From the human T2T-CHM13v2.0 reference genome, Homo sapiens, in the NCBI RefSeq assembly GCF_009914755.1, contig NC_060928.1: a stretch of 64,000 bases of DNA, one strand, 5' to 3'. Below are positions 43,639 through 56,599 of the stretch, one piece after another (positions within the stretch are counted from its first letter, which is position 1; each line of letters opens with the position of its first letter). The notes under the pieces were generated by a model that saw only the letters and a program-made list of their open reading frames with translations, did not search any database and was not told the origin of the DNA. A program made the translations under genes and the position numbers.

Positions 43639-44681
43639 TCTTGATATTTTTGTCTGGATTATCTGTCCATTATTGTAAATGGGTGTTGCAGTCTCCTATT
43701 ATTGTATTATCTATATCCTTTAGCTCTCCCAATGTTTGCTTTATATTTTAGGTGATCTAATATTGGGTCCACATATATTGTAATTGTTATAGCTTCCTGT
43801 TGAATTGACACTTTTATCTTTATGTAATGACCTTCATTTCTCTTGCAGCAGTTTTTGATCTAAAGTCTATTTTGTCTCATATAAATATAGCCTCCCTTGC
43901 TCTCTTTGGTTTCCATTTACACGGAATATCATTTCCAATTTCTTTATTTTCAGCCTATTTGTGCTCTTAAATTTGAATGTCTTGTAGACATTATATAGCT
44001 CAATATATATGTTTAAATCCATTCAGCTACTCTATATATTTTGATTAGAGAACTTAATCCATTGCATTTCAAATAATTATTGATAGGTAAGGATTTACTA
44101 TTGCCATTTTGCTAATTGTTTTCTGTTTCTTATTTCTTTTGTTCTTTTTCTCTTTTGCTGTTTTTATGTTTTGATTTTTTTTGTAGTGATATACTTTGAT
44201 TATTTTGTCTTTATCTTTTTTGTATTTGCTATAGGTTTTTTTCTTTGTGGTTACCATGATGTTAGCATAACATTTCTTGTAGTTCTAATAGCCTATTTGA
44301 GCTGATAGCCTCAATTGCATAAAGAAAACCCTCTATACTTTTACTTCCTTCTCAACACTATATTATTGATGTCAGAACTTGCTTCTTTTACACTATGTAT
44401 CTATTAACCAATTTTTGTGGTTATAGTTATCTTTTATACTTTTATCTTTTAGCCTTTGTACTAGGGCTAAAAATGTTTTATGTGCCACCCTACAGTATTA
44501 CATTACTCTGCATTTGTCCATATATTTATCTTTACCAGTGAGATTTATGCTTTGATGTGCTTGCGTGTTGCTGTTTAGCATCCCGTCATTTCAACTTGAA
44601 GAACTCCCCTTATAAGAACTCTCCAGTCTTATAAGACTGGTCTAGAGATGAGGAACTCCCTGTTTTTATTTTGTTGGTCTG

Positions 44682-44856
44682 TGATATAATTTGGCTCTAT
44701 GTCCCTACCCAAATCTCATGTTGAATGATAATCCCCACGTATTGAAGGAGGGGCCTGGTGGGAGGTGATTAAATCATGGGGGTAGATTTCCCCCTTGCAG
44801 TTCTCATGATAGAGTTCTCACAAGATCTGGTTGTTTGAAAGTGTGCAGCACATTCC

Positions 44857-44899
<43 letters not shown>

Positions 44900-47067
44900 G
44901 CTTTGGCCATATGAACACTGTGCCTGCTTCTCGTTTGCCTTGCACCACGATTGTAAGCTTCCTGAGGCCTCCCCAGCCTTGCCTCCTTTACAGCCTCCAG
45001 AACTGTGAGTCAGTTGAACCTTTTTTATTCATAAATTACCCAGTCCCAGGTAGTTCTTTATAGCAGTGTGAGAAGGGACTAATATAGAAAATTGGTACCA
45101 GAGAGTGGGGCATTGCTCTAAAGATACCTGAAAATGTGGAAATAACTTTGGAACTGGGTAATGAGCAGAGGCTGGAACAGTTTGGAGAGCTCAGAAGAAG
45201 AAAGAAAGATGAAAGAAAGTTTGGAACTTCCTAAAGACGTGCTAAATTATTGTGACCAAAATGCTGATAGTGATATAGAAAATGAAGTCCAGACTAGCAT
45301 AGTCTCAGATGGAGATGAGGAACTTAATGGGAACTGGAGTAAATGTCACTCTTGCTATGCTTTAGCAAAGAGACTGGTGGCATTGTGCCCCCTCCCTAGA
45401 GATCTGTAGAACTTTGAACTTGAGAGAGATGATTTAGGGTATCTGTTGGAGGAAATTTTCGAAGCAGCAAAGCATTCAAAAGGTGGCCTGGCTGCTTCTA
45501 ATACTGTAAGCTTATATGCATTTGCAAAGAGATGGTCTGAAATTGGAACTTTTATTAAAAGGGAAGCAGAGCATAAAAGTTTCAAAAATTTGTAGCTTGA
45601 CCATGTGGTAGAAAAGCAAACCCATTTTCTGGGAAGGAATTCAAGCTGGGTTTAAAATTTGCGCAAGTAAAGTGGAGTCAAATGTTAACAGGCAAGACAT
45701 GAGGAAATGCCTCCAAGACATTTCAGAGACCTTCCAGGCAGCTTCTCCCATCACAGGCCTGGAGGTCTAGGAAGGAAAAATGGTTTAGTAGGCCAAGCCG
45801 AGGGCCCCACTGCTCTGCACAGCCTCAGAACATGGTGCCCTGTATCCCAGCTGCTCTAGCTCCAGCTGTGGCTAAAAGGGGCCAAGGTACAGCTTAGGCC
45901 ATTGCTTCAGAGGTTGGAATCCCCAAGCCTTGGCAGCTGCCACATGGTGTTGGGCCTGTGAGTGCACAGAAGGCAAGAGCTGAGGTTTGGGAGCCTCTGC
46001 TAGATTTCAGTGGATGTCTGGAAACACCAAGATGTGCAGACAGATGCCTCCTTTGGGGGTGGAGCTTTTATGGAGAACCTCTACTAGGGCAGTTGAGAGG
46101 GGAAATATGGCTTTGGAGCCCCAACACAGAGTCCCCACTGAAGCACTGCCTAGTAGAGCTGTGAGAAGAGGTCCACCATCCTCCAGACCCCAGAATGATA
46201 GATCCACCGACAGCTGGCAGTGTGCATCTGGAAGCCACAGGTACTCAACACCAGCCCATGAAAGCAGCCACAAAAGTTGTACCCTGCAGAGCCATAGGGG
46301 TGGAGCTGCCCAAGGCCTTGGGAGTCCACCTCTTGCATTGGTGTGGTCTGGATGTGAGACATGGAGCCAAAGGAGATCATTTTAGAGCTTTACGATTTAA
46401 TGACTGCTCTGCTGGGTTTCAGACTTGCATGGGGCCTGTAGCCCCTTTGTTTTGGCCAATTTCTTCCTTTTGAAATGGGAGCATTTACCCAATGCCTATG
46501 CCCCTATTGTATCTTGGAAGTAACTAACTTGTTTTTGATTTTTCAGGCTCATAGATAGAAGTGACTTGCCTTGTCTCAGATGAGACTGAACTTTGACTTT
46601 TGAGTTGACGCTGAAATGAGTTAAGACCTGGGGGACTGTTGAGAAGGCATGGTTTTGTTTTGAAATGTGAGATGCACATGAGATTTGGGAGGGGCCAGGA
46701 GTGGAATCATATGGTTTGGCTCTGTGTCCCCACCCAAATCTCATGTCAATTTGTAATTCCCATGTGTGGGAGGTGATTGAATCATGAGGGTGAACTTCCG
46801 CTTTACTGTTCTCATGACAGAGTTCTCACGAGATCCGGTTGTTTGGAAGTGTGTAGCACTTTTCCCTTTGCTCTGTCTCTTTCTCCTCCTCTGGCCCTGT
46901 GAAGACCATGCCTGCTTCCCCTTCACATTCCATCGCGAATGTAAGTTTCCTGAGGCCTTCCCAGCCATGGCTTCTGTATAGCCTGTGGAAATGTTAGTCG
47001 ATTAAACCTCTTTTATTCATAAATTACCCAGTAGTTCTCTATAGCAGTGTGAGAGTGAACAAATACA
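44682..47067 (+). mobile_element. Complete MaLR element (MSTA/THE1D-like): 5'LTR 44682-45086, internal 45087-46706, 3'LTR 46707-47067
   Basis: Two direct LTRs. Internal region starts gaaaattggtaccag. Purine tract gatttgggaggggccaggagtggaa precedes the 3'LTR. 5-bp TSD gtctg at 44677-44681 and 47068-47072. (CT)n at about 44860-44897. Confidence 0.92.
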
Positions 47068-48034
47068 GTCTGTGGAAACCTTTTTCCCTCCTGTATTTTT
47101 AAAAGATAATGTTGCCCTATATGACAAACCCATAGCTAATATCGTGAAATCATGTGAGACTTTATTTGGTAAAGTCAAAATCTATTTACATTTGTTGGTA
47201 GTAAACTTTGAAAGAAATTCAGCTTAAATATGTGGATCTGTGCTTCTTATAGTTAATAAGAAAGTAGGTAACCACAGTTTAAAAAGGCCACCTTGCAAAT
47301 GAGGGTTTATAATAGCAGTTATATTTTCTTTAGTGCAAAGAACCCAGGAAGGCATGTTGCAAGTGACCCTTAAATATTTATAGTTTTTATATGTATCCTT
47401 AGCCACGTTTTATTTGTTTTTGGATAATTTCACTTGACAAACTAAAATGTTTGTGACTCTCCTTATTCAGTATTGCTTTTATGATCTATGTTTCAACATA
47501 CATACCAATGAGATTTGACAGGATGCCCTTAAGCAGTCTACTAGCTATCATAATATGATATAATGCTTCAAATGAGCATAAATGTATAGTTCAAAATATG
47601 CATCTACAGCTCAAACTATGCATTTACCAACAGAGTTAAATACAATACTCTAAAGATATAAGAATTTGTTGTTGGGTGTGTGTATAGGTGCCCTGTGAAC
47701 TCATTCTCACCATTTCAATGTTATTTCCTACACGTGTAGGAAAAGTAAGTGATAAATTAAAATTCTGTTAACACTTCTATTGGAAGTTTTGTATCTTTGG
47801 CTTTATATACTTTATTTTGACTAAAGCCATAAATGACTCAGAGAAAAGGAAAAAAAAGTACTTTTGACAATGCATATATTTATATTTCAGTTCAGGGAAT
47901 CAAACTCAGGCAACCAAGTTTACACACCAAAGCATAAATTCTTTCTTGAGCTGAAGTAGTAGTATTTCATTTTGTAAAGAATAAGTAAGCTAAAAAATAA
48001 TTGGATTTTTATTTAATTTCAATGATAGCAAAGA

Positions 48035-48125
48035 CCTCTTGTTTAGTACTGTATTCCCAGAGCTTTAAAGGATGCCTGGCACACAATAGATACTCTAAAA
48101 ATGAATGAATGAATGAATTAATGAA
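48035..48125 (+). mobile_element. L2 3' tail
   Basis: tgcctggcacacaatagatactc...(tgaa)n. Confidence 0.65.
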
Positions 48126-49214
48126 CACAAAGTTGGCAGGTTAGAGAGGATTTTTGACTTTAAAGGTGTGCTTTTTCATCACCAAAACTCTCTTTAAAGT
48201 TACCTTATTTAAAAAAAAACACACACACATTAAGAACTCCTGGGCTTTAACCTGTCACCTTGCAGAACAGTCTATTTTCAAGAAAATATAGCTCTTAGGG
48301 CAGAGGACTGCAGCAAACTCAAGGGGCTAAGTAGCTTTCCTGATCCCTTAAATCTCTTCTCAGATTTAGGTTTTGTTAAATTAGTTATTAGCCAAGTACA
48401 AGTAGAAGAGTTATCAGGAAGATGAAATTCCACAGTCAAGTACAGCATAAGAATAAATAGAAATAGAAATGTGTACTCTGTGGATTTCTCGAGGGGTTTG
48501 AAACTTGCCAGCTGGCTTGTTAAGGGGAACTCAGACAAAGCACTAAAAGCTCTGATTACTAAAGGATATTTTGTTTTAGGACGTTAATAAAAATGAAAGC
48601 AAATAAATTCTAAGGATGAATTTAGCAAAAAGTGTTGATTGAATGCATAGGCTTTTTAAAACCATGGTAAAAGATTTCTACCTCCAGGTCTTTGATTCTA
48701 TAAAAATGCCTACGGACTATTCAATCTGTTGTAGACAGTTGATGGAATCTGGTAATCTATGTTATGGAGCAATTAATTGCCTTTTGGGCTCATCAAATTT
48801 GTTTATTTGGTCAAGGTGGAAGAATCTACAGCAATGCTTAGAAGATAATTAAGATTTCAGGACCCAAATCAATAAGGAAAGATAAAGAAAAGGAGATTAG
48901 TTCTTTCAGAAGATAAGTTTGAGAGGTGACTAGATGTCAATCTTTAAGTATATGGAGAAATTATCAAGCAGACCAATTTTCCTCTTTCTTTCTAGCATGG
49001 CACAGAAGGAAGTGGGTTTGGTCAATCTTTAATCAAATATTTATTGAGTGCTTGTGTTTTGCACAGTATTGTGAAAGATACTGTAGCCAACACAGGGAAA
49101 TGTGGATCTCCTCGTGTGCAGTATGAAATGCAATTTTAAAAACTTGGTTATCTACTATGTATAAGTATATAAATATGTGTAGTTTCTCCATGGTTTATTT
49201 TTGGGGAGAGAATA

Positions 49215-49520
49215 GCAGCTACCTTAGTTCAGCATTTTGACAGGAACCAGAAAACCTTCTGATCTTTACTAGACATATGGCAACCCAGAACAAAAAGCAC
49301 ATTTTTAGCCTCTTTTGCAGCTAGGTGTGGTTATGTGCCTAAGTCCTGTTAATGAGATATGAACACAGGTAAAATATGTAACCTGTAGAAATTTCCCTTA
49401 AAGGGAGGAAGTGTACACTTTTCTCCCCTGTAGGCTGAGTTGTGGAGCTGGAATAAGTAGCACAAGGTGGGAGCTAAAAGAGGAGGGTGTGGAATAGAGA
49501 AATGTTTCTCCTCATTTAAG
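49215..49520. mobile_element. LTR33/LTR16-like ERVL LTR fragment
   Basis: cacatttttagcctcttttgcagctaggtgtggttatgtgcctaagtcctg..aatgagat. Confidence 0.55.
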
Positions 49521-49582
49521 AAGTTCATATGCTTATAAATACTTCCATTTGTGTAGAATAGTTAATTAAAATATACAATGCC

Positions 49583-49973
<391 letters not shown>

Positions 49974-50482
49974 TTAATATTTGGTAAGCCTGATAATCAT
50001 GGAGCCACCATAACTAGTCTGAAACTGCAAACACATTTTACAATTTTTTTCAGACTTTTAGTGTTTTTGTTACTCAAGGCCATAACTAATCCTACACGCT
50101 CTCCTTAACAAGTAAGCTCTCCTGAAGCAGAGATATTCCCTTTCTGTGACATTCTCCAGTGCCTCGATAGAGCCTGCCATATAGAAGACACTAAAATATT
50201 TGTTGACTGACTTCTGAAAAAGAGAAAGGAAGAAAACAAACAAACAAAAAACAAACAAAAAACAAGATTGACAGTGTGGGCTGGAGAGGTAGGAATATTT
50301 TTTCCTTTGCTAAGAGTTTGTGGCTTTTTGAAATTTTACCATACGTAAAACTGTTTTCATTGGAATCATATGTAAAATAAAGTAAAAATTGGACCATTAA
50401 TATTACCATATTTTGTGATTAAGAAAATTGCTTAATTCTTTAGAGTAATGTTTTTACAATATAAAACTAATAAGTTTAAAAT

Positions 50483-50665
50483 AACTTAGGCAAGCTGGGC
50501 ATGTGGTGGCATGTGCCTGTAGTCCCAGCTACTTGGAGGCTGAGGCAGGAGGATTGCTTGAGCCCAGGAGTTTGAGGCCATAGTGCACTGTGATTGTGCC
50601 TGTGAGTGGTCACTGCACTCCAGCCTGGGCAATATAATGAGACCCTACCTCTAAGAAAAACAAAA
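50483..50665 (+). mobile_element. FAM-like fossil Alu monomer (7SL-derived)
   Basis: Single monomer retaining the 7SL-like gcctgtgagtggtcactgcactccagcctgggcaat segment. Confidence 0.75.
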
Positions 50666-50729
50666 TTAGAAAAGTCTTTTGGAAGCCAAGGCCTGGCTAC
50701 ATATTTATATTAAGAAGTCAGCCTATAAC

Positions 50730-50897
50730 ATTTTTTTTTCAACTTTTATTTTAAATTCAGAAGGTGCATGTATAGGCTTGTTACTTTGCTATCCCTCCCT
50801 TCCTCCCCCACTCCAGAAGTCCCCAGTTTCTGTTGTTGCCATCTTTATGCCCATGAGTACTTAATGTTTAGCTCCCACTAATAAGTAAGAACATGCA
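50730..50897 (-). mobile_element. Short L1P 3'-end fragment
   Basis: ttcaacttttattttaaattcag...tgtttagctcccactaataagtaagaacatgc. Confidence 0.75.
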
Positions 50898-51623
50898 TTA
50901 ACCTGTAAAATTTAAATTGTGACCATTTCTGAAAGATTGACAAGGAATTTTTTTTTGGTCAATCATTTAGCATTTGCTAAATTTCTCCTGTGAGGGCAAC
51001 ACTGTGGTAGACACTGTGTAAATCACAGGTAGAGTCTCCATGTGATTGCTGACCACACCCATTCTTTACAGGTTCTGAAGTAAAGGAGAAATATATGAAA
51101 GAGCTAAATAGAGAACAAAATGCTTGTTTCATTGATGTTAAAGCTGGATGAGAGAAGTCAGCCTTATGAACTTACTTGCCATGGAAAAGCTACAGTAGAG
51201 AACAGAAAGCACATGATATGGACACTGTTGATCTCCAGGTAGATTGCCAGAAAACATCTCCATCAGCCCCTCTTCTCCCCTGCACTGGGATAGGAGGTTT
51301 CATGGTTGTTTCTTTTTCCCCATCAATCTCAACCAACCCATCTGATTCTGATCTGCTGATAACACCCACCCTTGTTTTTCCAACACTTTTGGATTTATTC
51401 TCAAATATATTTGTCATTTCCCCCGAGTTTTGGGATGCACATGAGGTAAATATATGGGCCAGTCTTTCTTTACATCACTCTATTTCAGGTCACCAGGATT
51501 TTGTGTATATATTTTTCCTATTTACTGTGCACTTATTTTAATTAAACAACCACAAATAAAAAATTCATTTGTTTCTGCAGTTCTAGATATATATTATTCT
51601 TTATTTTAAAAAATATATTTCTG

Positions 51624-51931
<308 letters not shown>

Positions 51932-52282
51932 TTATGCTAATTGGAGATAAGAAAAATGATGGTCAAAGGTGCTTGAAAGAAAACTTTGATATGAATGAGA
52001 GATTGTGTTTATCCATGTGCTTAAATAATAAAGTAGCCTTCTTGTCTGTGAAGTTAAAAGTTGGCATAGCTACTTCAAAATTCATACAGAGGAGCTCCAT
52101 TTAATCCCTAGCTCAGCCTTGATAGGATTTACACAAAGAGATTTTTAATGTTGATTTGAATCTTCCCAGTGATATAATCTCAGAATAGTAAGTTGGAAAC
52201 TGGATGGGGTGGCCTGTTAGACTGAGAACTAGAGGTCATAAGGCAGAGTGCATTTCTTCCTTTTTATTCTTATTATCCAAAT

Positions 52283-52810
52283 GGTTAAGGGGCCCCAACA
52301 CTACCTTAGATTCCAAAATTTACTAGGACTAATAAGATTCAGCATAGAGCCATAGCCATGGTAAGATTTATTATAGTAAAATGATCCAAAGCAAAACCAG
52401 CAAAGGAAAAAGGTGCATGGAGAAAGTTCACAGAAAACCAGGCTCAAGCTTCCAAGGCTCCTCCCCAAAGGAGTCTCACAAGATGTGCTTAATTCATTCA
52501 GCAATCTGTTGCGAGAATATACATGAAATGTTGTCTACCCAAGAAGCTCATTAGAGACTCAGTTCCCAGTGCTTTTATTGGTGACTGGTCATCTAAATAT
52601 CCTCTACTTACTACATACCCAAATTCTAGACTCCCAGAAGAAAAACAGGTGTTCAGTAGACATCACATTGTTTGTATGAATATTTTAGGTACAGTGTATC
52701 ACCTTTATCTGTTAAAGAATGGTAGGAACACTCCAGAAATCCAATGGCCCACCTTGCAAATAGTCCTTTCTAAGGATAGATAGCTATCTCACTTCAGGCC
52801 TATTATTGAA
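52283..52810. mobile_element. MER77/MER21-like ERVL LTR
   Basis: aagatttattatagtaaaatgatccaaagcaaaaccagcaaagg...aaaccaggctcaagcttccaag. Confidence 0.65.
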
Positions 52811-53119
52811 GTGTCTACTACATACTGGATTTCTTCCTCCCTACTGTGTGAGTTATTAATATTTTGCCCAGTTTTAGTAATTCTTCTAACAACAAATATG
52901 GAAAAGTGAAGAAATTAGTCCATTTGCATTTTCATTAGTAAAACTTTTAAAGATTTAACAGAGAATAATGTTGAAAATATACAAACATATACATTTACCG
53001 TAGGTTACATGTAGTCTTGCTACATCCTTTTTCCACTGAACTGCATATTTAATGAGAAAATTAAGTTTGCTTCATATCTTATATATTCTGCACTTTATTG
53101 AACTTATTAGTTGCTTTTA

Positions 53120-54430
53120 TTCTTTTTTCTTAAACTTTCAATTTTGAGATAACTGCGGATGCAAATGTATTAGTAAGAAATATACCCTCCACCCATTTTT
53201 CTCCAGTGGTAACATATTGCATAACTATACTACAATATCACAGCCAAGAAATTGACATTGGTAGATTTATTCAGACTTCACCAGTTTTACACATATTCAT
53301 GTATATGTGCATATGTCTTTGGTTTTATCAAATTTTCTGACATGTGTAGATTCTCATAACTACCACTACAGTCAGGGTGGAGAACAGTTCTGTTGCCATA
53401 AGGATTCCTCGTGTTGGCCTTTCTATCCACACTCTCCCTCCGTCTCCACTCCACTCCCTAATCCCTCATAACTACTAATCTTTTCTCTATGTCTATAATT
53501 TTATCATTGTAAGAATGTTGTATGAATGAAATCGTACAGTATATAACTTTTGGGACTGGGCTTTTTCATTCAGCATAATTCCCTTGAGATCCATCCAAGT
53601 TTCCTGCATCAATAGTTCATTCTTTTCTATTGCTGAGTAGTATTCCATTGTATGGATGTACCATGGTTTGTTTAACCATTCACCCATTGGCAGGCATTTG
53701 GGTAGTGTCCACTTTTTGGTTCTTACAAATAGAGCTGCTATAAATATTTACACATTTTGCCATGAAAATAAATTTTTAGTTTTCTCTGATAAGTGCCCCA
53801 GGGTGCAATTGCTGGGTTACATATAGTTGCATGTTTATTTTTATAAGAAGTGGCCAAATTATTATCTCATAAGAAAATCATAAGAGAGAAAGTTTTCTGC
53901 ATCCTTACAATCATTTATTGTTATTCCTGTTTTGCCATTCTGATAGACTGGTAATATCTCATTTTGGCTTTAATTTTAATTTCCCTAAAGTCTAATAATG
54001 TTGAACATATTTTCATGTGCTCTGTTGCTCTCTGTATATCGTCTTAGGTGAAATGTTTATTGCTCATTTTCTAATTAAATTTAAAAAATTGTTAAATTTT
54101 GAGAGTTCTTTACATACCCTAGATATTAGTTGTCACATATTTGTAAATATTTATTTCTAATCTCTAGCTTGTCTTTTCATCTTTTTAACAGGATTTTCAC
54201 AGGGCAAAATTTTAAATTTTGATGTCCAATTTATTTTATGAATAAATTTATAAATTTATTTAAAAATTTAAATTTATTTAAAAAATTATTTTACGATTCA
54301 TGAATCATTTATTTTATGAATCATACTTTCATGTCAAGTCTAAGAGCTTTTCTTCTACCTACCCTTATGTCCTGATGATGTTTTCCTAGTTTTTTCTAAA
54401 AGTTTTATAGTTTTGTATGTTATATATTTA
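53120..54430 (-). mobile_element. L1MC/L1MB-like 3' fragment
   Basis: Antisense L1M 3'UTR and ORF2 end (track: WYIHTMEYYSAIEKNELL). Confidence 0.78.
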
Positions 54431-55308
54431 AAGTGACTGCCTACAGCAGCAATTTTCAGCAAAAAAACCACCTTAATGTTGCAAATGGTGAAACACTAGA
54501 CGTGTTTTGCCACTGTATAATTGTCAGATTTGTGTGAATACATGTATTCTGTTGTAGAGTACAGATTGCTTGCTGCTAGTGGTGAGAAGTAGTAGACTGA
54601 GACAGAAATAACCTTTAAATATTTATTAAATTGTCATTCCTTGAATTAAATTTTATCGTGTGTCCATCTCAACTTATTTCTTTTATGTGACCTGAATAAT
54701 TGAAACAATGAGAAACAAAAGGCACGAAAAGTTATAGTAAATAATGTGGTATTCCTTATTTATTTTTCTAGAAATATGAGATTAAAAATTTTTTTTAGTG
54801 CAGAAAGACCATTTTATCTTGTAGAATTACCTTTTAAAAGCATTTTGTAAGTGCTTATTCAGAGATGTCTCAGGAAAAAATTACCATTTCAGATTTTAAA
54901 TGAAACTATATAACAATGTTTGGCCATTATGTAGTTCCTCTCCAAGCCACACTTGATCTCCAATCTTGTTCATCCTTAACAAGATCAAGCACATCTTCAA
55001 ACTCAATTCCATGTAATGTCTGATTCTGGATGGTTTTTTTTTTTTTTTACCAAATTCTGCTTGACACAGAAAACCATTAAATTAGGCTTTTAGCTTGCAA
55101 TGGCTTTCTTTCTATGCTTTCCACACACCAGAATACAGTTCACTTCCTGGCAGCTAAAAAGATTAGCTTTTTGAACCTTTCTCAGAAGGAAAAAAATCCC
55201 CCCTTTTAATGCAAAAGTTAAAATTGCTGGGAAGGTTTTCTGTGCCTGTGGATCTGGGGTCCAGAACAATGCAATTAAAATATATCACGCTGTTAAAAAT
55301 GACTGAAC

Positions 55309-55326
55309 TGCCCTCTAGGTGGCAGA
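55309..55326 (+). promoter_or_regulatory. Candidate CTCF binding motif
   Basis: CCTCTAGGTGGCAG (55312-55325) fits the CTCF core CCWSYAGRKGGCRS at all positions and lies in apparently non-repeat DNA. Confidence 0.6.
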
Positions 55327-56599
55327 CTACCATTATTTTTTCCTTAGCTTTAGGCATGTTCTTGCTTATCAACAAGTCACCAAGTAGCGCAGACGCCTGT
55401 TCCCAGTTCCAAGAATCATCCAATTTTTAAACACTTTTTAATTGATTTCTCTCTCTTCTAAAGTTGTCTTGGACTTCTATTTTGTTTTGACTCACACTGA
55501 TGTCATGTCTCACTGTTCAGACATTCTATGTCGATTATTTGAAAACATACTACTGTTTCCACCCTAATAAATTTCGTATACACTTACACACACTCTAAAA
55601 TCATTCACTGGCATTTATACAGTGAATATGTCCAATAGCACTACTCATATAAATAAAACCCAAGAATGTTAATGTAAAACAAGTTTATTTCATACCATTT
55701 CTCAACTAAATGATGCTATATAAACAAAATGTATAAGCTACATTTTTATGGCGTATATAAAATTTTGCTTAAAGTTAGCATTTATGTGGTGAGGATATTG
55801 ATTTGAGAGTCAAAAACAATCACAGGTCATTTCTAGTACGTCTGATAATCTCCTGATGCATAAATTGTCTATCAAAAATTAAAATGAAAGCTCTCTTTTA
55901 ATTGTACTAAAAGGCATTTAATATTTGTTTTCTAGTCCTTTTAACAGTAAGTTTTGTTTCATGATTTTTGAAGAAAAATATTAATTTCAAATTATATTTT
56001 TTCTGTGTTACAGGATTTTGAGGTAAAATTTAAAATAAATTTATGAATTAGTATGCCATTTTGAAATAAAATTTTAGGGGTTGGAGAATTTCAGGTTGGC
56101 TTATTTTTAGTGACTGTAACAAAGTCAGAATACATTAGAACCAGTAATATTTTCATTGTGTCAGAAGAAAAATTTTGGAGATACTACTCTTTCTAGATTT
56201 AGAGTATTATACAAACCCAGAAGTAATGTAATTCTCATATATCGAATAAACACATTTCTATGAAAAAGAGCTACCTTCTGAGGTTATATGGAATATCAGT
56301 CACAGAAACTGGATGTAGAGACAAGTTTTCATAGCTGCTTGATGCTTTTAGTCATGGGGCCACAAAGAGATTAATCTTGAGAATGATGACAAAATATGAT
56401 AGGAATTTCTTACTCTCAGATGCTCTTTATTATTTTTTCAAACCCTGAAATTCCTGTGTGTTCTCTGTATTTCTGACAAAAACTCATGAGTACTGATTGT
56501 CTCTCATGTTCCCTGGAAGAAATAATTTAATTGCATATCACATCTAACAGTCTCCCAATTTTCTTTTCTTTCTTTTCTTTTTTTTTTTTTTAAATTATG

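Noticed and set aside
47119-47145. Short sense L1 ORF2-like stretch (tatgacaaacccatagctaatatc) at the end of the antisense L1M
   Set aside because: Only about 25 bp with no TSD identified; too short to call an inversion.
50483-50665. Possible 7SL RNA gene
   Set aside because: Lacks the S domain and is heavily diverged; it is a fossil Alu monomer.
54230-54322. Extremely AT-rich quasi-palindromic patch
   Set aside because: Low-complexity slippage expansion inside an old L1, with no specific structure supportable.
55163-55430. Overlapping ORFs on both strands in unique DNA
   Set aside because: No recognisable homology or convincing splice structure; the CTCF motif is a better explanation for any constraint.
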